DNA from: Eledone cirrhosa
Taxonomy: Eukaryota
Assembly (NCBI GenBank): GCA_964016885.1
Contig: OZ024754.1
Location: 13,020,001 to 13,084,000, forward strand
Direction: 5' to 3'
DNA length: 64,000 nt
Shown here: positions 14,946 to 31,624 of the stretch, piece after piece
Layout: each line of letters opens with the position of its first letter
Numbering within the stretch: the stretch's first letter is position 1
Notes under the pieces: generated by a model
The model's database searches: none
Told to the model about the DNA's origin: nothing
The model's input: only the letters and a program-made list of their open reading frames with translations
Translations under genes and position numbers: made by a program

Positions 14946-15097
14946 TATATATAGATTCAGGGCCCCGACGGCTGAGCTCCGGCCGTTTCGACAACTAGAT
15001 CCGAACTGTCGTGGTCATGAATCTTTTTATATTACCCACTCTACTACCCCAAGTATCGAGTTCTCTGGTGGGTTATGGTCTTTTACCACACCCTTTT

Positions 15098-15129
<32 letters not shown>

Positions 15130-15133
<4 letters not shown>

Positions 15134-15610
15134 GGTTGACGGACCCAGCATATTTATCAATGCCAGGACCTGTTGTATCTCAGCGTACTCAATAGGTAAT
15201 GTAGGATACATTCCCAGAGTATACACATAGTTATTCGCTTCAATACAACACACGTGAAACGGGCGCCTATAATAGTTCCCGGACTCGAGTTTCGGCCACA
15301 CTTAATGCAGTAGTAAGGTGCACTGCACCCTCCCCGTCTGCATAGATTATGCAACAATGCATAATCGGTTTATGCGGCTTCATCAGCGGGTATCGCCTAA
15401 TCAATACCCAATCGATCGACACAATCCAAACCCCAGCCCATGCCGGTCATGAATGTTTGTGACAACCGACACAGTAAAGCGACTAGCAACTGGAATCCGA
15501 TACAACTCTGTCCCTCGACCAGCCACTGATTTACAAACTTTACGTTGTGCCGGGAGAATAGAAAACCAATCTTTTCGTTCCCGTCAAAAGCGCTCAGCCA
15601 ACGTGTCTCA
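15130..15610 (-). mobile_element. Mini-PLE/pLTR with long-stem-II HHR (15278-15390, minus strand)
   Basis: Minus strand: cccg-CTGATGA-~85 nt-GAAA-C-TCGA-G-TC^-cggg; tail ACTC...TTGAGTAC; ends in (TA)n. Confidence 0.8.
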
Positions 15611-15855
15611 CACACAAATTATCAAGAGGTGAAAGGATGGTGATTAGAAATAGCAGTCACACGTCGATGTATAATAGAAGGGTAGCATTCGGCTCAGGTC
15701 TCCAAGTCCCATGGCTAGAGGAAAGCGATAGTAACTATGGTAGTGCCAAGAACATTTAACGGACTTTAAATGCCAGTATCTATTATACAGCGATATGGAG
15801 TAGCGACCTGAAATGTAGCAACCGCGTGTGTAAACCAGTCTATTTCAACTTAAAA

Positions 15856-16251
15856 TAATTGTTTCTACTTTTGGCACAAGGCCAGCAATTAACCAGTACA
15901 TTACTGGTACTTTATTTTATCGACCCCGTAAGGATGAAAGGCAAAGTTAACCTCGGCGGGATTTGAACTAAGAATGGCAAGGGGCGTAACTCTATGCATC
16001 AAAGCATAGTGTCCGACCCTCTACCCATACTGCCAATCCCCTTAAAATAATGAGAGATAAAATTAATTGTTTCTACTTTTGGCACAAGGCCAGCAATTAC
16101 CCAGTGCATTACTGGTACTTTATTTTATCGACCCCGTAAGGATGAAAGGCAAAGTCAACCTCGGCGGGATTTGAACTCAGATCGTAAAGGGACGTAACTA
16201 TGCTGGAAAGCATGGCGTCCGACCCTCTACCGATACTGCCAATCCACCGCC
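15856..16251 (-). mobile_element. Two tandem tRNA-derived Nin-domain SINEs
   Basis: Reverse complement of tggcagtatcggtag (A-box like), gttcaaatcc (B box), ctttcatccttacggggtcgataaaataaagtaccag (Nin/Deu-like core), ggccttgtgcc..agaaacaatt 3' end. Confidence 0.85.
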
Positions 16252-16351
16252 TAGAGATAAAATTAATAGCAGGAAATTAGAGTGCATATCAAAACAAAAA
16301 CACAATAAAAAAAGTGAAAAATTGTTTAACTTACTCTCATTAGTCCGCTAA

Positions 16352-16369
16352 TTGTCATTTCTGTTTACC

Positions 16370-16452
<83 letters not shown>

Positions 16453-16497
16453 TACATACATACATACATACATACATACATACATACATACATACAT

Positions 16498-16541
<44 letters not shown>

Positions 16542-16650
16542 TGTGTGTGTAAAAGGTAAACAGAAATGACAACGCAATCGGTACAGTATATGGAAGTGAT
16601 ATATTAGGTTAACGCTTGATATTGCAGGAAGAGAGTCTTAACGTATGAGA
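16352..16650. mobile_element. Tail-to-tail 3' ends of family E element around a CA/CATA/TA microsatellite
   Basis: ttgtcatttctgtttaccttttacac at 16352 is inverted at ~16547-16572; 16547-16643 is the reverse complement of ~60178-60272. Confidence 0.7.
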
Positions 16651-16720
16651 ACTATGATAGATTGAGGGGACGGGCGGGTTGGAATTGGAAAAAATGTCTT
16701 TAGATAAAAATAACAGGTCC

Positions 16721-16774
<54 letters not shown>

Positions 16775-17054
16775 ATACATTAACAGAGAAAGCTTTAAGC
16801 GATACTCTGACCAACTCCATCTCACTCAACAAACATTAGGATATACCGAAGTATAATCCCAATTTAGTGTTTGGGGTGCTAACTATAGTATTCCGTGGAA
16901 AGTTGGTTGTATTATTTTATATGAGACATTATTAAATAAATCTCTCCTTCCTTCCATACGATCGTTTCGTTATAAGATTTCTACAATTTGGGATAAATAA
17001 TGTCCAGGTTATGGTGAAACTTGTATATAATCCATAGATATACACACAAGCGGG

Positions 17055-17158
<104 letters not shown>

Positions 17159-17432
17159 ATTTATCAGTGTGGAGAAATGTGTGTGAAAGAGAGAAACATA
17201 GAGCTCCTAATTAACTAAAGAAATGCAGTAAACCTCATCTCCAGTAAAACTAACCAAATTACTACTCTTATAGTCATCGACACCACACTCATCACCATAA
17301 CTACAATAAATGATCTTTAAACTAACAGAAACACAGGCTATACCATAACAATCACAACTATAAGCAGTTTTATAAGCCAAACTATCCCTACCTCCACTAC
17401 AGCCACCGACACACCCCACCACTACCGACACC

Positions 17433-17467
<35 letters not shown>

Positions 17468-17580
17468 AAAACACTGATTAACAGCTTCCGATCACAGTTA
17501 TATGTTGACTGTTGCTTTTAATAGTTGTTTATTATATGTATTTCAGACAGCCAAAATAGTGTATATACGGTCAATGATGC

Positions 17581-17645
<65 letters not shown>

Positions 17646-18356
17646 AATAATAATTCACATCATCAGTATCAGCATCATCAAATGGTCATTGCCTTTGGCT
17701 GTAAATAATTTAATCCAACCACTCTTCCAGTTGGTTGCTCAATTCTAGCGATCAGATGATAGCAGCAAAAGTTCGATGTGACGTCATCGCGTATAAAATC
17801 AGAAAACTCTCTTAATTCCAAAAAGGATTGATCGATTTTGTGGTATAGAATTCAATTTTCCCATTAGTGTTTACGTAATAAAAATTGAGTGGAGTTTCTT
17901 TCTAGCTTTTCAATGTGCAAATCGATTCTTTGCAGCCCACCTCTATCCATGAAAGCTAAACCCAACACCGCATTTACATATTAGCATCTAGTTTTATTTT
18001 CCTTAGTTTATTTTTTAAACCTATTCTACGATGCTCTGGAGCAAAATTGCAACTATATTTTAACTGTTACCTCTTCGCTTCAGGTCATTAATTTTCGATT
18101 TGTATCTTTAGATATCTCATGAGACATTTTAAAGTATCAATTGGCTTTCTAAGTGTAACTCTATACATGAGAACGAGTTTTAACGTACTGTGACGCCGCT
18201 TTCGTGCATCTTTCAACAGAGGACGTATCTCAATCTAAAAGCGTGAGTTATATTTATTGTCACCAGCAAGATTATTTCACAAAAAATTAAAACATTTCTC
18301 AATAAATCTATATCGGTATCAATACTCTAATCTGCCAGGTTGTGCGTATGTATAAT

Positions 18357-18545
18357 ATAATTGTTTCTAGTTTTGGCACAAGGCCAGCAATTATACCCGT
18401 GTATTACTGGTACTTTATTTTATCGACACCGTAATGACGAAAGGCAAAGTTAACCTCGGCTGGTTTCTGATTTACGAAGGATGAAAGGTAAAGTGTTCCT
18501 GGGTGGGATTTGAACTCAGAATGTAAAGAGTCGAAAGATATGTCG
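18357..18545 (-). mobile_element. Nin-domain SINE, diverged with internal duplication
   Basis: Same core and 3' end as other SINE copies. Confidence 0.75.
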
Positions 18546-18621
18546 TAATACAGTTTATCCAACAATCTAATTTTTCTTCCATTCCTCTATTATCTCTTTG
18601 TGCTTATATATATATATATAT

Positions 18622-18804
18622 AAGAAAATGTTTAACCCCGACGGCAGAGCTCAAGCCATTTCGACGGCTATTTCTGGACCAGAAATACCCGTCGAAACGG
18701 GCTGAGCTCTGCCGTCGGGGTTAAACATTTTCCTATTACCCACCCTAAGTATTGTGTACTCAGGTGCGTTATGGTCTATCTGGTTCCTTAACTCACTTCC
18801 GTCG

Positions 18805-18808
<4 letters not shown>
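18622..18808 (+). mobile_element. Family D micro fold-back element
   Basis: ~45-bp inverted arms (aaaatgtttaaccccgacggcagagctc.../...gagctctgccgtcggggttaaacatttt) plus ~75-bp tail; TA flanks. Confidence 0.8.
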
Positions 18809-18836
<28 letters not shown>

Positions 18837-18841
<5 letters not shown>

Positions 18842-19452
18842 TATATTTAGAGTTTTAAACTCAAACAGTCATTTACAATTAATTAGCTCAAAGAAAGAAG
18901 CATTTCTGAGCCGTGAAATACAAGTTAATATAAATTAATATATGATAAACACATAAGTGTTTGTATTGCAAAAGACGAAGTTAGCTAGAATGAAATAAAC
19001 TAATTAAAATAAATAAAGTTTGTCTGTCTCGATATAAATCAACAAACTCATATTGGCAAAAGCCGTGATTCCTGGACAAATTTAAATTTCAAAATCCAAA
19101 TCTGCTCCGTAGATGAATTTGAACTTCAAAACCTAAATATGTTTCGCAACGATGGTATAAAAAGTGAAATATTCAAATCTTCTGTGCTTATCAACAGGAA
19201 TCCAGACAAATTAGGACATTTCACCTCCAAAAGATTTTGTAGGACTGGTTCACAAGTACAAAACGCACGAGGTACACCAGCTCACTAGCTATCTCATACT
19301 CACAGTGCTAGAAATAACAGCCGTTTATATGGGATTAAAAATTAGCTCGACAAGCAAGGAGCCGTAATATTATATTATATTTAGAGTTTTAAACTCAAAC
19401 AGTCATTTACAATTAATTAGCTCAAAGAAAGAAGCATTTCTGAGCCGTGAAA
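18837..19452. mobile_element. Non-coding unit with ~80-bp direct terminal repeats (533-bp period) in (TA)n
   Basis: tatattatatttagagttttaaactc...gagccgtgaaata at ~18837-18920 and ~19370-19453. Confidence 0.65.
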
Positions 19453-19467
19453 TATATATATATATAT

Positions 19468-19852
19468 ATAGAATTCACAGGAATCAAAGTTATGTTCAAA
19501 CTATTTATTAGCTTACAATTGTTTCATCCAAACCGAGGTTTGGAGTCTTCGGAGCATTTTTCAATGTTTGTATACATACATGACCTCCTTTCCAACTCAA
19601 GAGACATACAGATACATATGTATATATAGTTTGGATGAAACAATTGTAAGCTAATAAATGGTTTGAACATAACTTTGATTCCTGTGAATTCTATATAACT
19701 GCTCTGTAGAACAACTGATGTTATTACATTGAGCTATTTATCTTACTGGTAATAAGGTAGTAATAAATTACTGTCTTTCATTGTTTAGGGTTTATAATAT
19801 ATATAACTATAACAAGTTTTAGTATATACATAACCATAAATAGTATCCTTAA

Positions 19853-19856
<4 letters not shown>
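19468..19856. mobile_element. Fold-back mini-PLE with variant HHR (19510-19556, minus strand)
   Basis: Inverted arms ~19468-19533/~19629-19696; minus strand gct-CCGAAGA-tccaaac/gtttgga-GAAA-C-AATT-G-TA^-agc. Confidence 0.7.
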
Positions 19857-19903
<47 letters not shown>

Positions 19904-19925
19904 TAGATAGATAGATAGATATATA

Positions 19926-20360
19926 GTGTGTTTCTTTAAAAATACGAAATTTCTATACATAGCTGTATAAAGCTTTGCTTGTAGCTAAATCCTATTTCTA
20001 TTCTATTATAAGTTGAGCCAACTTATGCAGCTTCATATGCAAATGAGATTAATCACCTCATTTACACAGACAAGAAAACTATATATTCTCGACTGTTTCC
20101 AAGTCCAGCAGTTGCAAACATAGGAGAGATCGTCCTGATGAAGATGAGTTAAGTCTGAAATGCATCGACGATTGTCCCGCTTGCTTTTGCTGGACACCAC
20201 CAGAGGGAGTCATCCCCGGTGTTTTTTGCATAGCTACGGCTTCCTACCGTATTTCTTTAGAAATACGAAATTTATATATATCCCACTCTCAAGAGCGTGA
20301 AATTAATAAACATTCGTTGTACTGCCTCTCTGTTTTGTTCCTGTTCAAATTTTCCATTAT
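19926..20360 (+). mobile_element. Retrozyme-like unit (~320-bp period) with canonical minimal HHR at 20129-20172
   Basis: atcgtc-CTGATGA-agat/gtct-GAAA-T-GC-A-TC^-gacgat; ~30-bp direct repeat at ~19931 and ~20252; tail is also present inverted at 60310-60385. Confidence 0.82.
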
Positions 20361-20389
20361 ATATATATATATATGTGTGTGTATATATA

Positions 20390-21204
20390 AACGACCCCGT
20401 AAGGATGAAAGACTAAGTTAACCGCGGTGGGATTTGAACTGAGAACGTAAAGGGCCCTAACTCTATGTTGCAAAGCATGGTGTCCAACACTCAATATAAT
20501 ACAGTGGCGAATTAGTAGAGTTGCTTTCCGCATACATAAGAACTCATTATTATGATTAGGTGGATTGGCAGTATCGGAAACACTATGCTTTGACGCATAG
20601 AGTTACGGCCCTTGCCATTTTCAGTTCAAATCGTGTCGAGGTTAACTTTGCCTTTCATCCTTACGGGGTCGATAAAATAAAGTACCAGTAATGTACTGAG
20701 TAATTGCCGGCCTTGTGCCAAAAGTAGAAACAATTATGATAAATATTTACGTTCTGAGTTCAAATCCTGTCGAGGTTAACTTTGCCTTTCATCCTTAAGG
20801 GGTCAATAAAATAAAGTACCAGTAACTCACTGGGGTCGATTTAATTGCCTTTATTTTAGCGACCCTGTAAGGATGAAAGGCAAAGCTAACCTTGGCAGGA
20901 TTTGAACTCACAACGTAAAGGGCCGTAACTCTATGCCGCAATGCATGGCGTCTGACGCTCTACCGATAGTGACAAGCCACCGCCCTTAACAATGCCTATA
21001 ATAATGGTTTATTATATAGGCACAAGGCCAGTAATTTTGGGGGAGGAGAGAGTCGATTAAATCGACTCCAGTGCGTTACTGGTACTTTATTTTATCGACC
21101 CCGTAAAGATGAAAGGCAAAGTCAACCTCGGCGGGATTTGAACTCAGAACGTAAAATAATGTAACTCTATGCCGCCCGACCCTCTACCGATACTGACAAT
21201 CCAC
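20390..21204. mobile_element. Cluster of five Nin-domain SINE copies in both orientations
   Basis: Copies at ~20390-20490(-), 20558-20737(+), 20746-20850(+), 20851-20984(-), 21017-21204(-). Confidence 0.85.
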
Positions 21205-21479
21205 AGTAATAATAAAAAGAGAAGAGAAATTATGACTTTATAAATTCCTCGCCTCAAAGCATTTAGCTTAGATTATTGAAAAACAATTCACGAATTTCAA
21301 CTAATTAGATTACGTATGTTCACTAATCCATACAAATACATAAATCTAAGAATTCTATTCATCCAGTAAAATCTCAGAATTTCGTGAAATTATCAATGGT
21401 TTCTAAGTTATGTAAATATTTCAGAAATAACATTGAGATTTAACATTGAAATTAAACAAAGCATTTCGTAAAATATGCA

Positions 21480-23829
<2,350 letters not shown>

Positions 23830-23833
23830 ATCA

Positions 23834-26712
23834 ATAACAAAGAACGCCTATAGCATATGCATATCTTTACTTGCTAACATTGTTTCATCCGCACTATAAG
23901 TGGGACTCATCAGAGCATAAAGGTTGATTACATACCACACAAGCAATAACAAATCCAAGACATTGAAGAAATAAAGAATGAAAAATAATAAAAGATAAAA
24001 GATATTGAGGAAGTAAAAATAAAAATAAAAATAAAAATAAACATTGAAAAATAAACAATGAGAAATAATTGAAAAATAAGGGGTGCTATCAGTCACAGTT
24101 GGGCGGGGTGCTGTCAACATATAGTTACATACAAGCATACACATGGATAAGAGAACAGACAAGAATAGATAAGATAGATAGGATTAGGTAAGAGTAGATA
24201 AAAAATAGGTGAAAAATAGGTAAAAAATAGGTAAAAAATAGACTTATAATATATATAGACACAATAAACTGAGGAACTCCACCTCCTTGGCAGCGTACGT
24301 CCACAATTTAAAAAATGCACGAACACATTACACACTTACTTGGCGGCAGGTTGCTAAATCCCATCCATATACTCCTCATAATAGAGTATGTAACCTATGC
24401 CTTGCCGAATCCCACTCTATTATATTTGCTAAATGCCCTCTACTAAACAGAAAGTCAGAAATATTTTCCTCTTGCCCCCACCGAATATTAGGCTCTTTCT
24501 TCTACTTTAAACCTATTAGCTAGCACTTCCCTAATTCTCCAGTTGGGCTATCTTGTGTAACTGTCTCTGATTGTGTGTAACTGTCTCCTATTGTTTGTCT
24601 TCTATGTATATGAGTCAGTGAGTGTATACGTATGCCTGCGGGAGAATATTGATCTGGATATTGGGGTGTACAGGTGAGTGGGTGTGTATGTTAATAAGCA
24701 CCCCTGTTTGGCACAGCGGATGTAACCCATCCACGTTCGCCTACCCACCATTGGTGCATTGGTGGGTCTATCCCGACGTGTATCTTGCGGATCTGTACCT
24801 CTGTATGCGCATGAGTTATGATGTAATGTATCTATGTAGAGCGTGTACTGTGATATAGGCTGCACAAATAGAAATTTAGCCTGTAACTGTGGGCGGACCT
24901 GTGCCATCTCGCCGTAAGCAGTAGATACGTGGCACATATACGTGTTGCCCTCCTATTCTGTGGTTTAAGATCTACAGGCTGACTTCTGGGAGCTCTTGCC
25001 CGGAGTTGTAGTCTTTCTAGCACGATTGGCCTTCCATATATTGACGGTCGTTGTTATTATCCCGAAAGTAACGTTTTGGCCTCGATAGCCCTCCGTAGTT
25101 ACTAACGGTCTGTGTACACTTGAATCGGGCAATGGCACGTGCGGACATGATTATCTCCGTAGGATTTCAATTTGATTTATTTTACTGCATCTCATCGTAT
25201 GTATTTATTTTGAATGTATTATCCGTGGTGGTGGGTCTTGCCTAATGTGGTATTTCTGTGTTTAATATCAGCTTTGACCCGGGTGTCCTACGCTGTGTGT
25301 GTGTACGTGTGTGTCTGTGTATACATTTATATGTGTATGGGTGTAGGTGGTTGTATATGTCTGTATATAAAAATATATATATATATGTATACCGTCTCTG
25401 CATATGCATGTGGTGTGTATATGTGCATATACGTGCTGAACATATTGGTGTGTATAATCTGGAGATGTCCCAATGCGGTGACTTCATGATATTGGCTCTT
25501 GAAGCTATTTTTTTATATATCTTTTATTTTTTATATATCTTTTGTATGCGCTGTTGAGTATGCTTATTAACCCGCCTGACCCAACTGTATCTGCTTGCTT
25601 TCGGCTAGCCTGCCTGCACCTGCTTGCTTTCGGCCCACCTGTCTGCCTCTTGCGGCTGCACGTGAATTCTCCGACCTTCCTTCGATGTACCTCTGTTGAC
25701 CATTGGACTCCTGCCCGGGTGTGAACCGGTTTGTGATTACCCCACCGCTCAACTGTTTGAATGCACACCTGTGACTTTCGAGTGAACTTTTGAGACTGCC
25801 CAACCTGGGACGTCTCCATTGCATTGCAATGGTCAAGTGATACTGATAACTGTGACACTTAGTGCCTTCGTGGGCCCCTGATATATTCAAGAAATATATT
25901 CTAAAAAAATATATATCTTATCTCAATTTACTTTATTTTATTTTACTTTATTTTATTTTATTTCATTTCATTTTATTTAATTTTATTTATTTAATTTTAT
26001 TTATTTAATTATATCTTATATTATATTATTTTATTTTATTTTATCTTATTTTATTATTATATTATATTATATTCTATTTTATATAATTTTAATTTTAATT
26101 TTATATTATTTTATTCTATTTTATTTCATTCCTTACCCTGTATCACTATTATCTGTATATTTTATATTTTATATGTATGTTTTTTTATATTTTCTTATAT
26201 ATATTATAAGTCTATTTTTTACCTATTTTTTACCTATTTTTCACCTATTTTTTATCTACTCTTACCTAATCCTATCTATCTTATCTATTCTTGTCTGTTC
26301 TCTTATCCATGTGTATGCTTTTATGTAACTATATGTTGACAGCACCCCGCCCAACTGTGACTGATAGCACCCCTTATTTTTCAATTATTTTTCATTGTTT
26401 ATTTTTCAATGTTTATTTTTATTTTAATTTTTATTTTTATTTTTACTTCCTCAATATCTTTTATCTTTTATTATTTTTCATTCTTTATTTCTTCAATGTC
26501 TTGGATTTGTTATTGCTTGTGTGGTATGTAATTAACCTTTATGCTCTGATGAGTCCCACTTATAGTGCGGATGAAACAATGTTAGCAAGTAAAGATATGC
26601 ATATGCTATAGGCGTTCTTTGTTATATCACGGCTCTGTCCTCAGACATCGAGCTAACCTTATACTGCCTGTTGGATAAGTGGAGTATTATACACCCCTGA
26701 TCCTCTCCCTAG

Positions 26713-26714
<2 letters not shown>
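23834..26714 (+). mobile_element. 5'-truncated Naiad-type PLE with ~420-bp inverted pLTRs
   Basis: 23834-~24255 is the reverse complement of ~26195-26625; GIY-YIG C-terminus at 24287-24523 (LTWRQV..PY..VCNLCLAE..LLNRKSEIFSSCPH); one-sided tail 26625-26714; TA/CATA arrays on both sides. Confidence 0.88.
26542..26587 (+). ncRNA. Minimal HHR in pLTR (inverted copy 23872-23917)
   Basis: tgct-CTGATGA-gtcccac/gtgcggat-GAAA-C-AAT-G-TT^-agca. Confidence 0.85.
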
Positions 26715-28113
<1,399 letters not shown>

Positions 28114-28114
<1 letters not shown>

Positions 28115-28615
28115 TTTCGTTTCTGAATTTGTTTAGCAAGATTCTTTATCTGAAAACGTGTGTTGAAACCGATATTGTTATGCTTTAGGAGTGTCATTTT
28201 ACCAATAAGAAACACACGCACCAGTTGCTTTCACTTCAATTTATTAGAAATTAAATTTATAAATTTAGGAATTTATAAATTTCCGGTTGGTGGGTTGGTT
28301 CCACAACCAGACGATTGTTCATATATTGTCAAAGTTCTTTCGTCACACATTCGGTGACCTCTGCGACAACAAAAACAAGATGGCGTAGGACAGAACAAAG
28401 AGAGGCACAAAAACAAAGAAAATAATCCCAGTCACTGAAGAGGTCACAGAATGGGTGACGAAAGAACTTTGACAATATCTGAACAATCATCTGGTTGTGG
28501 AACCAACCAACCGGAAATTTATCAATTCCTAAATTTATAAATTTAATTTATAATAAATTTAAGTGAAACAACTGGTGCGTGTGTTTCTTATTGGCAACAT
28601 GAATTCCCAAAGCAT
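28114..28615. mobile_element. Fold-back derivative of the Nematis-like pLTR (family F), HHR at 28431-28473
   Basis: Inverted arms ~28195-28361/~28440-28600; gtca-CTGAAGA-gtcac/gtgac-GAAA-G-AA-C-TT^-tgac; homologous to 36635-36885. Confidence 0.82.
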
Positions 28616-28754
28616 ATAAATATATATATATATATATGTGTGTAAAAGATAAACAGAAATAACCATCGGTACAGTATATGGAATATATATATATATGTAT
28701 ATATATATGTATGTATATATATGTATATATATGTATATGTATTATATATATATA

Positions 28755-28793
<39 letters not shown>

Positions 28794-28796
<3 letters not shown>

Positions 28797-29218
28797 TGCC
28801 ACTTCTACATAATTTAAAGAACGCTGGAATAACCATAATCATACTTTTAAAAGACCTGATAAAAAAATCTTCTACTTCACTTTCACATCTTATATGGAAC
28901 TTAAAATGCAAGAATATAGAGTATTTAATATCTTGGAAAACGATTTCGTGGGCACCCGCGTACGAAATATGGTTTTATCAAGATTCTGTAAATTGTGTAT
29001 CGAAGAAATTTTTTATATAATTAACTTCTTGCAGACATCGCCAAAATTCCACGTTCAGAACTATGTGTAATTTATAATATTCCTATAAACCTTGAAAATG
29101 ATCCTATCTTCCTTAACAATTTAAAATTTTTAATATTTTTAAGATTTTAATATTTCTAAATGTGAATATCTCTAATATTTGTAATACTTTTACCTTTTCA
29201 GCAAAAAAATTTTCTTTT
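28794..29218 (+). pseudogene. Degenerate Naiad GIY-YIG C-terminal fragment plus UTR
   Basis: [12 protein letters not shown] (other frame) / KSSTSLSHLIWNLKCKNIEYLISWKTI resembles the 5190-5846 endonuclease. Confidence 0.7.
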
Positions 29219-29240
29219 AATATATATATATATATATATA

Positions 29241-29653
29241 TACGATATTAAATAAATGGAAACTATATTTATAAAACCATATTATATTTCAGGGATATCA
29301 TATTAACAATATGTTATGCCTTCTTCAGACAAAATACAATATAGACAGTTTTATAGATAAATAGATTTGACATACCGTTCAACATCGACTTGTATTTGAA
29401 AAAGTTGATTTGGCTTACAAGTCGATGTTGAACGGTATGTCAAATCTATTTATCTATAAAACTGTCTATATTGTATTTTGTCTGAAGAAGCATAACATAT
29501 TGTTAATATGATATCCCTGAAATATAAATATGGTTTTATAAATATAGTTTCCATTTATTTAATATCGTAAATATACTCCAAATACTTGTTGAGTGCTTTT
29601 ATATCAGTTATAAATATTTACTAGTTGTAACCCAACAATTTAAATATAACTTT

Positions 29654-29657
<4 letters not shown>
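29241..29657 (+). mobile_element. Family B fold-back mini-PLE with partly deleted HHR
   Basis: Arms ~29241-29394/~29416-29569, tail with actccaaatacttgttgagtgc; CTGAAGA..GAAA present but cleavage site/3' stem I deleted; close relative of 47559-48027. Confidence 0.85.
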
Positions 29658-29711
<54 letters not shown>

Positions 29712-29717
<6 letters not shown>

Positions 29718-30297
29718 GACGTAAAATAAGAAAATTTTAAAAATTAAAAATTAACTTACTTATTAAAATTTTCACTCCAACTAATTAGTTACTGTAATGG
29801 GATAAAGATAGTTACGTAATGTAACTGTCGAGAAGTAGGCTTTTGTCATTTTACTACCCCACTCCTTCCGACTAGCCTCAGCGTCACGTGATTGATTCTT
29901 TAGAATCTGCCACTTTACCAGAGGCAGTGAACTTTTTCAGTGCTTTGGAATTCAGTCCTCGCTAGCTGTTCCATCCACCGAATTATTATTATTTTTATAT
30001 GAGTCCCTAGTGTCCGCGCATTGCCTGGAGACTTAGCTGAGAATAGACTCCCTGATGACGTAATGAATTCTCGACAGTTACATTACGTAACTATATTTAT
30101 CCCATTACAGAAACTAATTAGTTGGAGTGAACATTTTAATAAGTAAGTTAATTTTTAATTTTTCAAATTTTCTTATTTTACGTCTTTCATATAATTGTTC
30201 GGTATCCTCCTGCATTGAACCACCTAGGTACTATGACATAACTTATGTATTTGCTAGCATTAGTGTACATCTGTACGCATATGTTCGTAAATATACT

Positions 30298-30300
<3 letters not shown>
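29712..30300 (+). mobile_element. Fold-back mini-PLE with HHR at 30047-30128
   Basis: Arms ~29712-29834/~30068-30192; actcc-CTGATGA-long stem II-GAAA-C-TAATTA-G-TT^-ggagt. Confidence 0.82.
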
Positions 30301-30377
<77 letters not shown>

Positions 30378-30385
<8 letters not shown>

Positions 30386-30512
30386 AGATCAAAAGATGGT
30401 TAAAGGAGTTCCATGTATTTTATTATGCGCATTTCAAAAACAAACATCATCATGCAATAATATTTATCCGATATCTGCATTGCTTTATTGTACTACAATA
30501 AAACTCACCTCC

Positions 30513-30516
<4 letters not shown>
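30378..30516 (+). mobile_element. Internally deleted copy of the 44125-44558 element
   Basis: 30381-30464 matches 44218-44301; 30464-30516 is the reverse complement of 44125-44178. Confidence 0.8.
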
Positions 30517-30579
<63 letters not shown>

Positions 30580-30583
<4 letters not shown>

Positions 30584-30753
30584 AAGTATGACCCGACGAC
30601 AGAGCTCAAGCCATTTCTCGAGAAATAGCCGTCGAAACGGCTTGAGCTCTGCCGTCGGGGTCATACTTTTTCCTATTTCCCACTCTACTACCCTAAGTAT
30701 TGAGTACTCTGGTGCGTTATGGTCCATCTGGTTCCTTACCACAATTCCTTTGT

Positions 30754-30755
<2 letters not shown>
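30580..30755 (+). mobile_element. Family D micro fold-back element
   Basis: Short inverted arms plus tail cactctactaccctaagtattgagtactc. Confidence 0.8.
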
Positions 30756-30786
<31 letters not shown>

Positions 30787-31624
30787 ATATATATGTGTGT
30801 GTATGTATATAAATTTAATTTTTAATTTTTAATCCTTACATTATTATTTTTCTAATGACACCCTCTAAAGATATATTTTTTAGATGTAGATTGATAATCA
30901 TTAACTGACATTAGAAAAATGTATCCACTTCACGGCAGTTTCTTAGATAAGCACATTACGTATCTCCTCTTTTTTGATTTTCAAACATTCACACATCTTT
31001 CGACTAAAATAATTAATCTCACACTAACTCTTCAAATTTATCGATTAACAAATACAATTGGAGTTATCTTTCCTTTCTCAATCATGTAAACTTATTATAT
31101 ACGTAACTTCGCTAATTTAACAATATTATGAAATCATTTTCAATGTTGAACAAAATATTCAAATCTATAAATTGTTCTCCTCTCATAACTTCAAATACCT
31201 ATTTATTTACATAAAACACAAAATTAACTTCCCTCGTAACTCATATTATAAACAACTAATAATTGTAAATTATCTATATCTCTTTAATACTAATACATAT
31301 GCAACTATTAATATATACAGATATTTATACATATAAGCTACTACAATATTGTAATAAGATAAATACTTACAAACATAATTCTCCATATACATAATATAGG
31401 TAAATATTCAAATTTTTCCCCCAAATTCACGTAAACATGAGGTCAAATTTTCTTTTTTCCTTTTTTTTTTCTTTTTCTTTTTCTTTCTTTCCTACTAATA
31501 CAAACACATATCTAAACTCTCCATAGCGTCTAAAATAACGTTTTTTCAAACATATACCTCAACCTCATTTACATATTCATTTGCGTACTCATCTTAACAA
31601 TTTTGAAAAATCTGTCTTTAAGTC

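Noticed and set aside
17700-18350. Possible host exon in non-repetitive stretches (also ~48650-49100, 56350-57100)
   Set aside because: No convincing ORF with splice signals or recognisable protein motif; a small exon cannot be excluded without RNA-seq.
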